This document shows positions 40,901-53,728 of a stretch of 64,000 bases of DNA, piece after piece; position 1 is the stretch's first letter; each line of letters begins with the position of its first letter. The notes beneath the pieces were generated by a model. That model searched no databases, was not told the DNA's origin, and saw nothing but the letters and a program-made list of their open reading frames with translations. Source of the DNA: Octopus sinensis. Its lineage: Eukaryota. Location: assembly GCF_006345805.1 (NCBI RefSeq), contig NC_043017.1:26722001-26786000 (forward strand), given 5' to 3'. The translations under genes and the position numbers were made by a program.

Positions 40901-41618
40901 TCGTATACATATACCTAAACGCATATATGTATTTTCGTTACCTTATGTGCATTATGGAGAAAACCATTACAACATTCACTTGTCTGAGAAGAATATTTTC
41001 ACTTGCATTCAAAGAAATGTCTCCTATCGAAAAGTATGTAAACTATATTCAATATGTCTATATTTCGATTTCTTTATCCCCGACCATGTTTCAAACCTTT
41101 TCTTTATTAGTTTGTAAAATTTTACGACATACAGATATTTATTGAAAGTAATACAAGAAACGAAAATCGTAGAATTACATAGAAATATTTTCCTAATATC
41201 CGTAAGATATTGGTAGTGTACTAACAAAGATAGTGAGATCGTGAATTGTAAGATAAGTTGTGTTTGAGTTCATCCATATATTTCTAAAATTGAAAATTTC
41301 TTTGTCGTATTCATATTTCGAAATTTCAGCAAAATTAATACGATGCTTAATAATACGTTACGTTAATAAAACGTTACGTACATGCCATACACACCCACAC
41401 ATAAATTCTTTTGATATTTTACTACTAAAACTTATAGAAACATTCGTTTATTGACTTAATATATTTGTATCTTAAGATATTTGTTATCAATGAACATAAA
41501 ATAAGATGAAAGGAAACAAAAATATTCGTTAGGATATTGTCAATTTAAACATTCATATATACATATATACACATTCATACATACACTATATATATATATA
41601 TGTATATTTGTATTTATA

Positions 41619-41700
<82 letters not shown>

Positions 41701-42635
41701 GACGTTAGTTTAATAAAATAAAACTATCTAATTAGATCCAATTTTTGAAATATAGTTACTTTCATCGCATAATATACATCATATAAGAATATTTCGCTAT
41801 CATAACATTTCATCTCAGCAAAATAAATACAGACTAATTGAGACATGAAGACTTGACGAATGACGTGTTACATAAAAAAAAGAAAAAAACACAATGAAAC
41901 AAATTTATAATTTAAGTTATTTGATTTATAGTCACCCATATTAGGAAATGAAGAGAGAAAGAATAGCTATTATCATATTTCATAGGTCTGAATGGATTGC
42001 ACTTGTAATTACATTTCATTCAGAAAGGTTGTATTAATAAAAATTAAATTTAACTTCAACACTTCAACGAAGAAATTGTTATTTACTTAGTAGCCAAAAC
42101 AGCATAATAGCGTTTATTTAGCTTCTTGTTGCTCCAGCCAAAATGTCTGTGTTCATGTAGTTTGCTTTAAAAAAAAATCAAATATACCGTATGGCAGATA
42201 ATCTCCAAACAATTTATTATTCAGTTTCAATGTGTTTGATTGTAATCATTTTATTTAAGACGATGAAAATGTGAGTTTGTAAGATTTACTAAAAGTTAAA
42301 CATCATTAATGAATCGTCTCTACACGGTGGACAATACGATCCAAAACTACGCGTTCAGGCAGATTTAATGCTGAGCAAACCAATGGCATTATCGCTTCGT
42401 CTTCTGTATTAAAAAAATACGCCATGTCGAAACACCAGTTTCCTAGAATCTTTTGTATTAATGATTCCAGTGTGTTAGAAACATGTATTCTTCTTAAATA
42501 GGAAGTTGTTCTCCTGTGCGCAACACAAAAGCGATTGTCGTATTCATATTCCAATTTGCTAGAGCGCATTAAGAATAAAGAAGCAAGCCAACATTTTGAA
42601 TCTCGTTCGTCACCGTGTATATGACGGTATATCAT

Positions 42636-43033
42636 CGGCGAGCTGGTAGAAACTTTAGCACGCCGGGCGAAATGCGTAGCCGTATTTCGTCTGCCGTTAC
42701 GTTCTGAATTCAAATTCCGCCGAGGTCGAATTTGCCTTTCTTTCTTTCGGTGTCGATAAATTAAGTACCAGTTACGCACTGGGGTCGATGTAATCGACTT
42801 AATCCGTTTGTCTGTCCTTGTTTGTCCTCTTTGTGTTTAGCCCCTTGTGGGTAATAAAGAAATAGGTATATCACCTAAGGCGGCGAGCTGGCAGAAACAA
42901 TAACACGCAGGGCGAAATGCGTAGCCGTATTTCGTCTGCCGTTACGTTGTGAGTTCAAATTCCGCTTAATCCGTTTGTCTGTCCTTGTTTGTCCTTTCTG
43001 TGCTTATCTCCTTGTGGGTAGTAAAGAAATAGG
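42636..43033 (+). mobile_element. SINE family 3 (Meta-domain-like) tandem pair: full copy plus internally deleted copy
   Basis: Head ggcgagctgg(t/c)agaaac at 42637 and 42881, B-box-like gagttcaaattcc, Meta-like gcctttc..tttcggtgtcgataaattaagtaccag. Flanking 15-bp repeat ggtatatcatcggcg. Confidence 0.85.
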
Positions 43034-44084
43034 TATATCATCGGCGGTCAGATGCGACTACGTATTATCTACAGTTTCGTTGCCGAAAATGTTAGTTCTT
43101 TGCTGAAAACGTTAGGTTAGACCATCATCTCTCGTTAGATTCATCAGTCCCGATAATAAACAGCATGTGAAAGCACTGGGCATGAATAATCATCATTATG
43201 AACCAGAATCTGTTCTCGACTGAAAAAGCTAACAGCGTGTAGCATTTTGTCACAACTGACTTTCCATTTCACCCCCTTCAGATTTATACAGAAAAACCGG
43301 CCCTCACCCAAAAGCGTACGTGCCATGGTAATGTGTACCATTCATTCTCCAATATATTTAAGTCCATATGTATTCACCAATAGATATAAAAATAAGACAT
43401 TGAAAATAGAGTTGTACAGAATTTTCCTCCTCCGTATCGAAGGGAACAAATTCTGTACCAATCTTGTACACGTTTTCTCTCGCATAACCTGTGACAATGT
43501 GAAAGTTAGTGATCATTATCAACAAAGCACGCCGGTTCGTCAAGAATGGAACCCTCCAATTGATGATTGGGAACCCAACACACCAATATCGAAAGGTTTG
43601 CAATGCTGGATACATTACTTACATATTGAAGAGTCTGAGTGATTGTATTCGATCTAAAATGTGTGGCATTTTGCCTATGTTGGAAATCAATATTATCAAT
43701 GCAGGAATAGTTGTCGTTACTGCCTTTAATGTCACTAGAAGAAGTGGAGCGATACAGACAATTGTCATTTCTAATATGATGATAGGAAGGAGGAAGTGTT
43801 TGTAGCCATTATATTAGTAGTTATATCTCACTGCCATCATTGTAAACCATGGTGAAATGAATTTATGCTTTATAGAAAGGAAGCAATAATAATTAACCAA
43901 ATGTCTTCCTTGTGGATGCGAAGTATATATCTACATGTGGCAAGAGAAACTTTCTCAAGAAAATGAAGCAATCATGGTTAAAATAAAAGCTACGTTAACC
44001 AAATATATAACTCATAAAATTGATTCCAATGTGAAAACCGGCTATAATAATACGGAGTTTGCGTTAATGATGGTAATAATAAAG

Positions 44085-44143
44085 ATGATAATAATAGTAG
44101 TAATAATATAATAATAATATTATTAATAATAATAATAATAATG

Positions 44144-44185
<42 letters not shown>

Positions 44186-44401
44186 GTTTCTACGTAATCT
44201 CAAAATAATAATAATAATACTTTCTACGTAATCTCAAGTTTTTTTTAGATATTCACAAGTACAACACTAAATGCAAAACCAAATATATGGAACACTAGGC
44301 ATAACAACAACATGAACTTCCAATCTGTTGTCTCTTGAGGTCTCTGGGTGAGACTTGGAGCCAACTTGTACAAATATAAAGCAAAAGTCAAACATATAAT
44401 A

Positions 44402-44493
<92 letters not shown>

Positions 44494-44506
44494 AATAAAA
44501 ATAATA

Positions 44507-44542
<36 letters not shown>

Positions 44543-44573
44543 TAATTATGATAATAATAATAATAATAATGAA

Positions 44574-44640
<67 letters not shown>
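44085..44640. repeat. (TAA)n arrays
   Basis: Two tracts flanking the R4/Dong 3' fragment. Confidence 0.95.
44279..44395 (+). mobile_element. R4/Dong-type LINE 3' UTR fragment followed by (TAA)n
   Basis: Nearly identical to the reverse complement of 61141-61258 and ends at the same base (aaagtcaaacat). Confidence 0.85.
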
Positions 44641-44644
<4 letters not shown>

Positions 44645-44759
44645 ATGAACAAGGTAGTACTAGCCATGAACAAGGTAGCATAAGCCATGTACAATGTAGC
44701 ACCAATAATTATAAGCCATGAGCTAGGTAGCAACAATAATTATGAAATACATAAGACAC

Positions 44760-45753
44760 TCTATGAATAAATTGCAGACAAAGCCATCTCCATTAGAGGA
44801 GGAACATTCCAGGATACACGCTCTCTCCATTCCTTTTCTGTTTGGTACTGACACCTTTATCAGACATGCTAAATAGAACTGGATGCGGACACAAATGTTA
44901 TGGCAAAACGATTAGCCACCTCTTAGATATGGATGAACTAAACCTATACACTATAAATGATAAACAGCTAGCTCGAAACACTACTGCAGACAATACAAGG
45001 ATTTACCAAAGAAATAGATATGAAAGTGTGCTTAGAAAAATGTGCCACAGCAACCTTGAAAGGAAAACTAGTTATGAGTAGCAACATCACACTAGATTGC
45101 AATGGATTGGAATTCGGTCTTCATATTTTGCGAAAGCCACTTTCTAGGAAGGGAAATTGAAGACATCACATTCAGTGGAGTTGGATGTTGACAGCCATAA
45201 AAGAACTCGAGCAAGAATAAATTACAAATACTTCGGAATAAATGGCGGCTCTGGCATTCAGCATGTAAGCATGAAGAGAAGTTGAAGAATTAGTGTTACA
45301 GAAGAGTTTGAGCAGTCCGAAAATTCGAGTTAAATGCACGTAATGGAGTGTTAGTTATAAATTCCTTATCATTTCCTGTTGTTATTTACAGTTTCAATGT
45401 GTTGAACTAGAATATGAGAGAAGTAAAGAAGTGTGGCAATAAGATGCACAACTCGAAGGCAGACGTCGATCGTCAAGGAAGGTCGAGGTTTGATCCAGTT
45501 TGAAATCTCCTACAAAACCACCACAATTGGAATTCTTTTTATTCTTTTCTTTCTTTTACTTGTTTCAGCCATTTGACTGCGGCCATGCTGGAGCACCACC
45601 TTTAGTCGAGCAAGTCGACCCCGGGACTTATTCTTTGTAAGCCCAGTACTTATTCTAACGGTCTCTTTTGCCGAACCGCTAAGTGACGGGGACGTAAACA
45701 CACCAGCATCGGTTGTCAAGCAATGCTAGGGGGACAAACACACACACACACAT

Positions 45754-45798
<45 letters not shown>

Positions 45799-46260
45799 TA
45801 CGACGGGCTTCTTTCAGTTTCCGTCTACCAAATCCACTCGCAAGTCTTTGGTCGGGCCGGGGCTATAGCAGAAGACACATGCCCAAGATGCCACGCAGTG
45901 GGACTGAACCCGGAAGCATGTGGTTGGTTAGCAAGCTACTTACCACACGGCCACTCCTGAAACATCTAACGATTGGATGCTAAATATCGTTGAAAGCCAT
46001 GAAGGACTTAAGAAGCTACATTCTGTAATGAAAGAAAGCAAAATATTTTCATATGAGCTTATGCATAATACCCAGGTTGAACAGTATGATTGAAGTGCAA
46101 CAACTGTTGTTGCAAAGAAGGTGAAATCAGAGTATCAGAGTGAATAGAAAAGCGTCTAAAAATAAACATAAAGCAGAAGGACTAGTAAAGAATACATGGC
46201 CTAGAGAAGAAGCCTGGAGACCTACGTTATTAAAATCACACCATCTTCTATCATATGGCT
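44760..46260 (+). mobile_element. Old R4/Dong-type LINE RT fragment, interrupted by a SINE
   Basis: LSPFLFCLVLTPLS, ISHLLDMDELNLY, ELNARN, KADVDR, GRGLIQ..TTTIG, then NDWMLNIV after the SINE. Colinear with the 61-63 kb copy. Confidence 0.8.
45533..45959 (-). mobile_element. SINE family 1 nested in the R4/Dong fragment
   Basis: Reverse-complement match; LINE translation resumes after it. Confidence 0.9.
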
Positions 46261-46606
46261 TCGAAGTCAATAGGTGAAAAAGTGATCTAGCAATGGCCTA
46301 AGGAAAAAGATACCGGGTTATTTCCATATAAAGGGGGAACCATGATGCTTTAAATGTTGGGAAAAAAGTTAGCCAAAAAGTAATACAATAAAATTACTGA
46401 TATGTCTACAAAGAAAGCATTACATACGTTATCGTAAATATTGCTAGATGATACATATCCAATACAATACCGTATGGTTATTACGGATGTGTACTTACTG
46501 AAATATTACAGAGAACGCCATATGTCATTCTCAATGTGGTAGACCGAAGTCTATGCATCTCTACACTGGTTCAATTATATTTGAACCAACGAACTTTACT
46601 GAGCGC

Positions 46607-46659
46607 TTTGGCTTCGTTACTATGGCAAGAGTTCATATATTTATTGATGAGACCACGTA
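46607..46659. mobile_element. Solo mariner-type TIR
   Basis: gcttcgttactatggcaag..ttattgatgagaccacgta matches the right end of the 47114-47389 element. Confidence 0.6.
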
Positions 46660-46666
46660 TATATAC

Positions 46667-46706
<40 letters not shown>

Positions 46707-47040
46707 ATACATACATTATATATTATATACTATTAGCGACCATGAAAATATTTTTAGTGATGTGAGAACTTATTTAAACAGATATTTTGCAATTTTTGAA
46801 TGGATGAATTCATACATAAACTAAGGTCTTTCCTATAGAGAGACATGTTCATAGTCAGTTGTTCACCAATAATAGGTCGTTCGTGTGAAATGAAATCACC
46901 TTAGAGAAATCTCTCAATGAATATTTGTTATGTTCAGATAAGGAAACGTAAGAATAATTGGAAACAGAATAGCGTTGATAAATATACAATTATATGAAGA
47001 AAACCTTCGAACCGCACATACCTGAGTATACACACACAAG

Positions 47041-47106
<66 letters not shown>

Positions 47107-47113
47107 GTATATT

Positions 47114-47389
47114 AACGAGGTCGGATAAGTAAGTATCCGGACGGTTGCTATGGTAGGGAAGCTAAACCACGCCGATTAAAGCCGCTTGGAAAGCATTAAC
47201 ATTGGTGTGCGCGCTACACACCTTCCTTCCATGCACTACTGTAAACACAGGAAATGAGCTAGAACGTTAAAACTTAGCATGAATGCAGAGCACGGTTCCA
47301 GGTCAGTCCCTTGTTAAAGGGCTTTATTTTGTGTGATTTTGCTTCGTTACTATGGCAAGGGAACTTAGTCTTACTGATCAGACTACGTA
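47114..47389. mobile_element. mariner-derived MITE with TIRs of about 50 bp
   Basis: The left end acgaggtcggataagtaagtatccggacggttgctatggtagggaagc is an imperfect reverse complement of the right end gcttcgttactatggcaag..ttactgatcagactacgta. TA-rich flanks. Confidence 0.65.
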
Positions 47390-47396
47390 TCTATAT

Positions 47397-47444
<48 letters not shown>

Positions 47445-47455
47445 TAAGTTCAGCA

Positions 47456-47620
47456 AAATTTAGATACAAATGAATATGGTAATTAAGCTAGATGCACCAG
47501 AATTTTGTATGGTTTTATCGATATAAATCCATGGTGTGATAATAAACAAAATAAGCAACAAGAATAACTTCGGTAATTTGGTGCGATCGTTTCACGCTAC
47601 ACCATTTTATTAAACATTGT
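47456..47620 (-). mobile_element. Second copy of element E
   Basis: Reverse complement of 6915-7030, with the same end abutting (TA)n. Confidence 0.7.
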
Positions 47621-47830
47621 AGGTATTAAAACACTTTTAAAATGTTGAGCAATCATCAGCCATTTATAGAAGTTTTCCATTAATGTGGAAAATGGAGACG
47701 AACATCAATTTTTACAAGTCCTTACTTTGTAGAACAGCTCAGATATTTTCAACATTAAATCAATTGCAACTATGGTACACAAATATATACATACATACAT
47801 ACATACATACATACATACATACATACATAC

Positions 47831-47866
<36 letters not shown>

Positions 47867-48403
47867 GCGTGTGTGTTTGTGTGTTCTGTGTGTATAAATT
47901 GTAATTTATAGCAGCAGGTTTGTTTCACTGGATATTCATGTATTTTTTTTCTTTTCTGTCTTATTGTAAATAGCTTTCAGACGTTACTTGTAATTTCATA
48001 TTGAATCTCATTCTCACAATATATTTTTTTCAGACAATTCGCTTGAAAACTTCACGTGACATACTTTCTTTCTCGTAATCCGAATCCACTCCATATTTTG
48101 CAATGTATTTTATGCGTTTCTCTGCAATCTAGCTTTGTTAAAATCTGTATTTATCTTATCTTCCACATCCTCATTCGCTATCTCTTATATACATGAATGC
48201 GCATGCGTGTACACTTATATTCTTTTCCACAACGATATTGTTTTGAGATACTGTTTATATTTATGCTTAATTATAATTGTATTTATTTGTGAAAATGCAC
48301 ATACACACCTGTGTGGGTGTATCTGCATATACATATACACATAAACATGTATATGTATTTTTTACATATATACATTACACGTGCGGGCACTCACCCCCAC
48401 AAG

Positions 48404-48457
<54 letters not shown>

Positions 48458-49215
48458 TGTGTGTGTGCTTATATTATTTCAGTTTATTCATTTCTATACC
48501 CCCATACAAATATGTGTGTGCATGCACAAATATGTACACACTTATATACACGCGAACAATTTTTACACGCACATGCATACACACTAATACGTTTTTTGTG
48601 TATATACGTAAATATACATATATATATATATGTGTGTGCGTGTGTGTGTTTGTATGTTTGAGTGTGTGTTTGTGTGTGTGTGAGTGAGTGTTTTTGTGTG
48701 TGTATGTATGTATATAGCACAATCTTTCTTTGCTTTTGCATCCATCTTCTCCTCCCATCAATAAATAATTCTATTTCCTCAGTTTGACAAGACGTATCTA
48801 ATTTTCAGCTTTTTTGTGGCTTCTGTTTTGAGCAACGGAATGTTAAACAGATTCTCACAGATTGGTAATTAGCAGTCAGTGTTCTGGGGCTGATATTTAT
48901 ATTTCGAGAATAAAACGGATTCCAAATCTGATTGTTGATAAACAGTTTCGAGAAACATATTTCAGGTTTCTATGTGTAAGTAACATTATAATTCTATATG
49001 GCACTCAACATATTTTTTTCTGTTTTTACTTGGTTAAAATTAATATTTAAATTAATATATAATCAATTTTCCCTTTCCTTCTATAACCTCGTGTGTACTG
49101 TGAAACAATCATATCTATGCTGAAATATGTTTCTTCTCTCGATATCAGTAATTGTTCCTAAATATTTTCTGCATTCTAGAAAATATTTTTTCTGATGCCA
49201 TATCTATATTTTCTC

Positions 49216-49602
49216 GGAGGCGCAATGGCCCAGTGGTTAGGGCAGCGGACTCGCGGTCATACGATCGCGGTTTCAATTCCCAGACTGTGCGTTGTGAGTG
49301 TTTATTGAGCGAAAACACCTAAAAGCTCCACGAGGCTCCGGCAGGGATGGTGGTGATCCCTGCTGTACTCTTTCACCACAACTTTCTCTCACTCTCACTT
49401 CCTGTTTCTGTTGTACCTGTATTTCAAAGGGCCGGCCTTGTCACTCTCTGTGTCACGCTGAATATCCCCGAGAACTACGTTAAGGGTACACGTGTCTGTG
49501 GTGTGCTCAGCCACTTACACGTTAATTTCACGAGCAGGCTGTTCCGTTGATTCGGATCAACCGGAACGCTCGTCGTCGTAACCGACGGAGTGCTTCCATT
49601 CC
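49216..49602 (+). mobile_element. SINE family 2 (tRNA head, RTE-like tail) with 13-bp TSD
   Basis: A-box cagtggttag, B-box-like gtttcaattcc. TSD atctatattttct at 49202-49214 and 49603-49615. Confidence 0.92.
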
Positions 49603-50583
49603 ATCTATATTTTCTATTCCTATTTCTATTAATCCTTAAACCTCATCCAACAATTCCTGAATTCGCAGTTTTCTTACCGTAACAAACCTCTTTTCCTCCT
49701 TTTCATTCAGTATGCAGTAGGCAATTATATAATCCAATGTATACTTGCATCGTATTAGACGGCAAGTATCATGTAATGGAACATAAACACATTAAGTATG
49801 AGCCGCAATAAATATTTTTAACGCGGTCTTCATTTTATTTTGTTATATTGAAAACACGACGGATATACAATGTTAAGCGAATTGTGTAGTTGTCGCTCTT
49901 CACTGAGAATCAAAAGACATAGAAAAAAGACTGAATTACACAGGAAACACGTGACTGATGTTTTGTATTAAATATGAAAACACAAGGAGGATATTGTTTT
50001 AGAGGAAGCGCATAATTGTTATTTTATATTGAAATTCGAAAGAAATATGAAATAGCACTTCATAGGAAGTACATAATTGTTCCTTTGTATTTAATGTCAA
50101 ATGCCAAGGAAGACGCAGTTAAAAATAATGTGCATAATTTTGATATTGTATTTAAAATCATAATTTACAACTTGGTTTAGAGTAAGTTAATAATTCTATA
50201 TTTTATTTCAGGTCACACCAATAACATAAAAATGTTTTGTAATTATTTCAAGTCGAAATAAATACCTGAGATGCTTTGTAAACGCAGACACTATAACAAA
50301 CTACTTAAAAGCCATCTCAAAGCTGGAAAATCACCTCTATTGTATCGAATGATGTTTCTATTACAGGTGTTTCACTCCTCAGAATAAACACATGGTATGC
50401 GTTGAGCAGCGAGGACTGAATTAGCTTTCGTCAGCAGAAAGTTTCCATTTAGTGGTTTTATATCAAAACCATCTGCCTTAACGGATTGGCTTTAGCAGCA
50501 ATGGTTACCTCTGTATACTGCAATACATACAGCCTGGTTGCCGTAGAAATCTTTCTGGCATAGTGTTAGGGTTCTGGCATAGG

Positions 50584-50794
50584 TTTGGAGCAATAGGCTA
50601 AAGTGTACAAATACTTCATCATTCCCATTCCATTGCATATACAATATAGTAAATTTATGAATATAGCGAATTTTGTGCATAGATAGTTTAACCACAGTAA
50701 AATTTCGGATAGTAACAGGCATGTATTTTACCTACAATAGGATAAATACAAAAGGACGCCTAAAGTCGTCCTACTCTGTCCATACAGAATTTTA
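50584..50794 (+). repeat. Local duplication, copy 1 (copy 2 at 51995-52634 carries a SINE)
   Basis: aagtgtacaaatacttca..attgcatat..atagtaaatttatgaatatagcgaattttgtgcatagatagtttaaccaca..catacagaatttta is present twice. Confidence 0.9.
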
Positions 50795-51624
50795 TTATTA
50801 GAATTTGTCTTACTGGTCCACTGTATTTCACAGAAAAACGGAACAATCTGGAAGAATCTATCATAACTGATTGTTGAAAGAAATTCCATCATAAAACCAG
50901 GATATAAGACTCGTGCATAATTATACATTCATACACGTACATAAACATACATACTTATACACATACATGCACACATACATACACACACATATATGTAATT
51001 ATACATACACATACATGTATATATATATATATATATACTACATTTCTTAGTGCGAAATTTAGAAAAACGTAGTAAATATTAATTATATTTATTTGAATTT
51101 GTTATACGGCAACATTTTGTAATATATTTATCATGTTTTGTGAACGATAGAAATGTTCCTGTACAAGTTTCGAACGACTATAGTATCACTGTATAACGGT
51201 TACTTAAAAATTGTCTTATTTAAAGTCAATTTTAGTTCTAATAATTCACGATATAAAACTTCACATATTTTTTAAAACTGATTTATTTCCAACATATTCC
51301 AAAACACTATGCAACATTCGACTCCATATTACTTTCATCTTCGGTAATTTAATCACGGAATATTTTCTCTTCAATCTATTGCATGCATTCAGGTTTTCTA
51401 GATAACTCAGATACGTCATTCGCAATCTACTAGAAATTAGATTAATATCCATTTCGCATGTTTATCCTGTATTTTTCAAAAGTTTATATGAAACGAGAAA
51501 AATAAAATATTTCACTGACAGTCCAATTTGTAAATATATAGACGCATTTCCATTTTTGCCTCGTTATTCATACCATAATATGTAATGTCATAACAAAATT
51601 ATTAAAATAGGTTCTATTTTGTAG

Positions 51625-51669
51625 GAATGTCAAGAGTGGAATAGAGACCACCGCTGGACTTCTAACAAG
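51625..51669 (+). CDS. Candidate 45-nt exon
   Basis: ttctattttgtag|GAATGT...AACAAG|gtatgt. Open in phase 0 (ECQEWNRDHRWTSNK) and phase 2 (NVKSGIETTAGLLT). Confidence 0.35.
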
Positions 51670-52046
51670 GTATGTAATTCCGGAATTTATGGTTGAATAA
51701 TATTTTTTATACTTATTCAGGACATCTACGAGATAAATACACCATAGTTCACTCTCTGAAACGCTGTCAACCCGCACAGAAACAACACCGTAGCAAGTTC
51801 GCTTACATCGGCCTGCAGAATTAATGGAAGTTAACACTTCAGCTGAACAGACAAGAGTTTCAAAGGCATATTTCCGAAGTGAATCAAGATATTCTCTTCG
51901 CTTATACCACCCACGTCAGGATCTTTGTACACACATTATCTTGAGTTATCAACAAAAGATTGTAATTGTCCTCGATTTTAATTCCCGGTCTAACTTTGGA
52001 GAAAATAGAATAAAGTGTACAAATACTTCATTAATCACATTCCATT

Positions 52047-52272
52047 TTACTCTTTACTCTTTTATCTCTTTTACTTGTTTCAGTCATTTGACTGCGGCCA
52101 TGCTGGAGCACCGCCTTTAGTCGAGCAAATCGACCCCGGGACTTATTCTTTGTAAGCCCAGTACTTATTCTATCGGTCTCTTTTGCCGAACCGCTAAGTG
52201 ACGGGGACGTAAACACACCAGCATCGGTTGTCAAGCAATGCTAGGGGGACAAACACAGACACACAGACACAA

Positions 52273-52316
<44 letters not shown>

Positions 52317-52471
52317 GACAGGCTTCTTTCAGTTTCCGTCTACCACTCACAAAGCATTGATCGGCCGGGGCCATAGCAGAAGACACTTGCCCAAGGTGCC
52401 ACGCAGTGGGACTGAACCCGGAACCATGTGGTTGGTTAGCAAGCTACTTACCACACTGCCATTCCTGCGCC
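52047..52471 (-). mobile_element. SINE family 1 inserted in duplication copy 2
   Basis: Full reverse-complement match; the empty site is visible at 50627-50640. Confidence 0.92.
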
Positions 52472-53728
52472 ATTGCATATAAAATATAGTAAATTTATGA
52501 ATATAGCGAATTTTGTGCATAGATAGTTTAACCACAATAAGATTTCGGATAGAAAAAGTGATGTGTTTTGCCTGCAATAGGAAAAATACAAAAGGAGGAC
52601 TAATGTCGTCCTATTCTGTGCATACAGAATTTTAAACAGAACAAAGTCTGCAAATTACATTCTGAGACAACACTGTTGTTAGAACTTCGAATGTCGGAAA
52701 TGTTTTTGTGTTCAACTACTTCATGAAAAATATATTGGTGGTATTGAAAACGGAGATAAAAAATATTTGCATAAATTAACTTACAAAGTTGCGCAAACAT
52801 CACTGTTGGGTCTGTTGAAATTTGGAATGTATTTCGGCTTTGATTTTAGTGTCCAGTATGTTTTAATACACCTGGAGGCTGAGGCCACGCAAAGCTCCAC
52901 TACCGGTTTAGGAATATAAGCCCTTTATAAAAATATTTCTGGAAGACTATTTACTTGATTATAACAATTTTAGTTTAAGGAACTGACCCAAGATGTTGTT
53001 CATATCTCATTGCATACGTTTCATGGCTATTGATTATCTAACATAGCTACTACGCATATTAACATCCAAAGATGGGCGGAGTAATTTCGTGTGTTCCAAC
53101 CGTTATTAGATTCGTTTCCAAGTTGTGTGAATGGATTATTTATTGCACTGTATTCGCCTATTTTTTCTAATTGATTACTTAATGCTTTTCAATATTCCAT
53201 TTCTGATGTAGTAGGCTATATTGTGTTATGTCGATCGATTATTTTAATGTTTATTATCTTTTGGGCTATTAATAAATGATATTCAACTTAAATCTCAGTT
53301 GGCATTTTAAGTGACGTTTGATAAGAGACAACAATTTAAGACATCCAAAATATTTTAATTCGATGAAATCATCCAGTTTCACTTACTAGAATAAATTAAG
53401 CAATGAATTAAGACGTATGCAGTGGTTATTTTGAATCTTACAGGCGTAGAATTGTTTCGAAACCTATATATTATATTCCAAGCACAATGATAGATTCCTC
53501 TCTGTTACAAGTTTTAGTCTAGACTCGAACCAGGGTAAGAATTTTAGCATCGCTATAATTTTTACCAATGATTTTGGCAAATCGAAATATTTCTAGCCCA
53601 AACATACTTTTCGTCTTTTGTTTTTAAATAAGTCACCGGTGTTGTTCTATATACTATATTTTAATTTATTAACCAAATTAAAACGTTCTACGCAGTGTTT
53701 TGATGGAACAATATATTTCCTTGAATAT

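Noticed and set aside
43624-43771. Minus-strand exon-like segment with acceptor and gtaagt donor, two open frames
   Set aside because: No recognisable product, it conflicts with the plus-strand candidates, and such sites are common by chance in AT-rich DNA.
49216-49290. tRNA gene calls for SINE heads (also 18300, 42636, 60393, 63355)
   Set aside because: A and B boxes are present, but there is no complete cloverleaf or acceptor stem, and they continue into SINE bodies with TSDs.
50728-50928. FLSTISYDRFFQIVP, resembling class A GPCR TM3/DRY
   Set aside because: No TM2 or TM4 context, the upstream sequence is microsatellite, there is no good acceptor, and the motif is not shared with the neighbouring duplicate. 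Likely chance.
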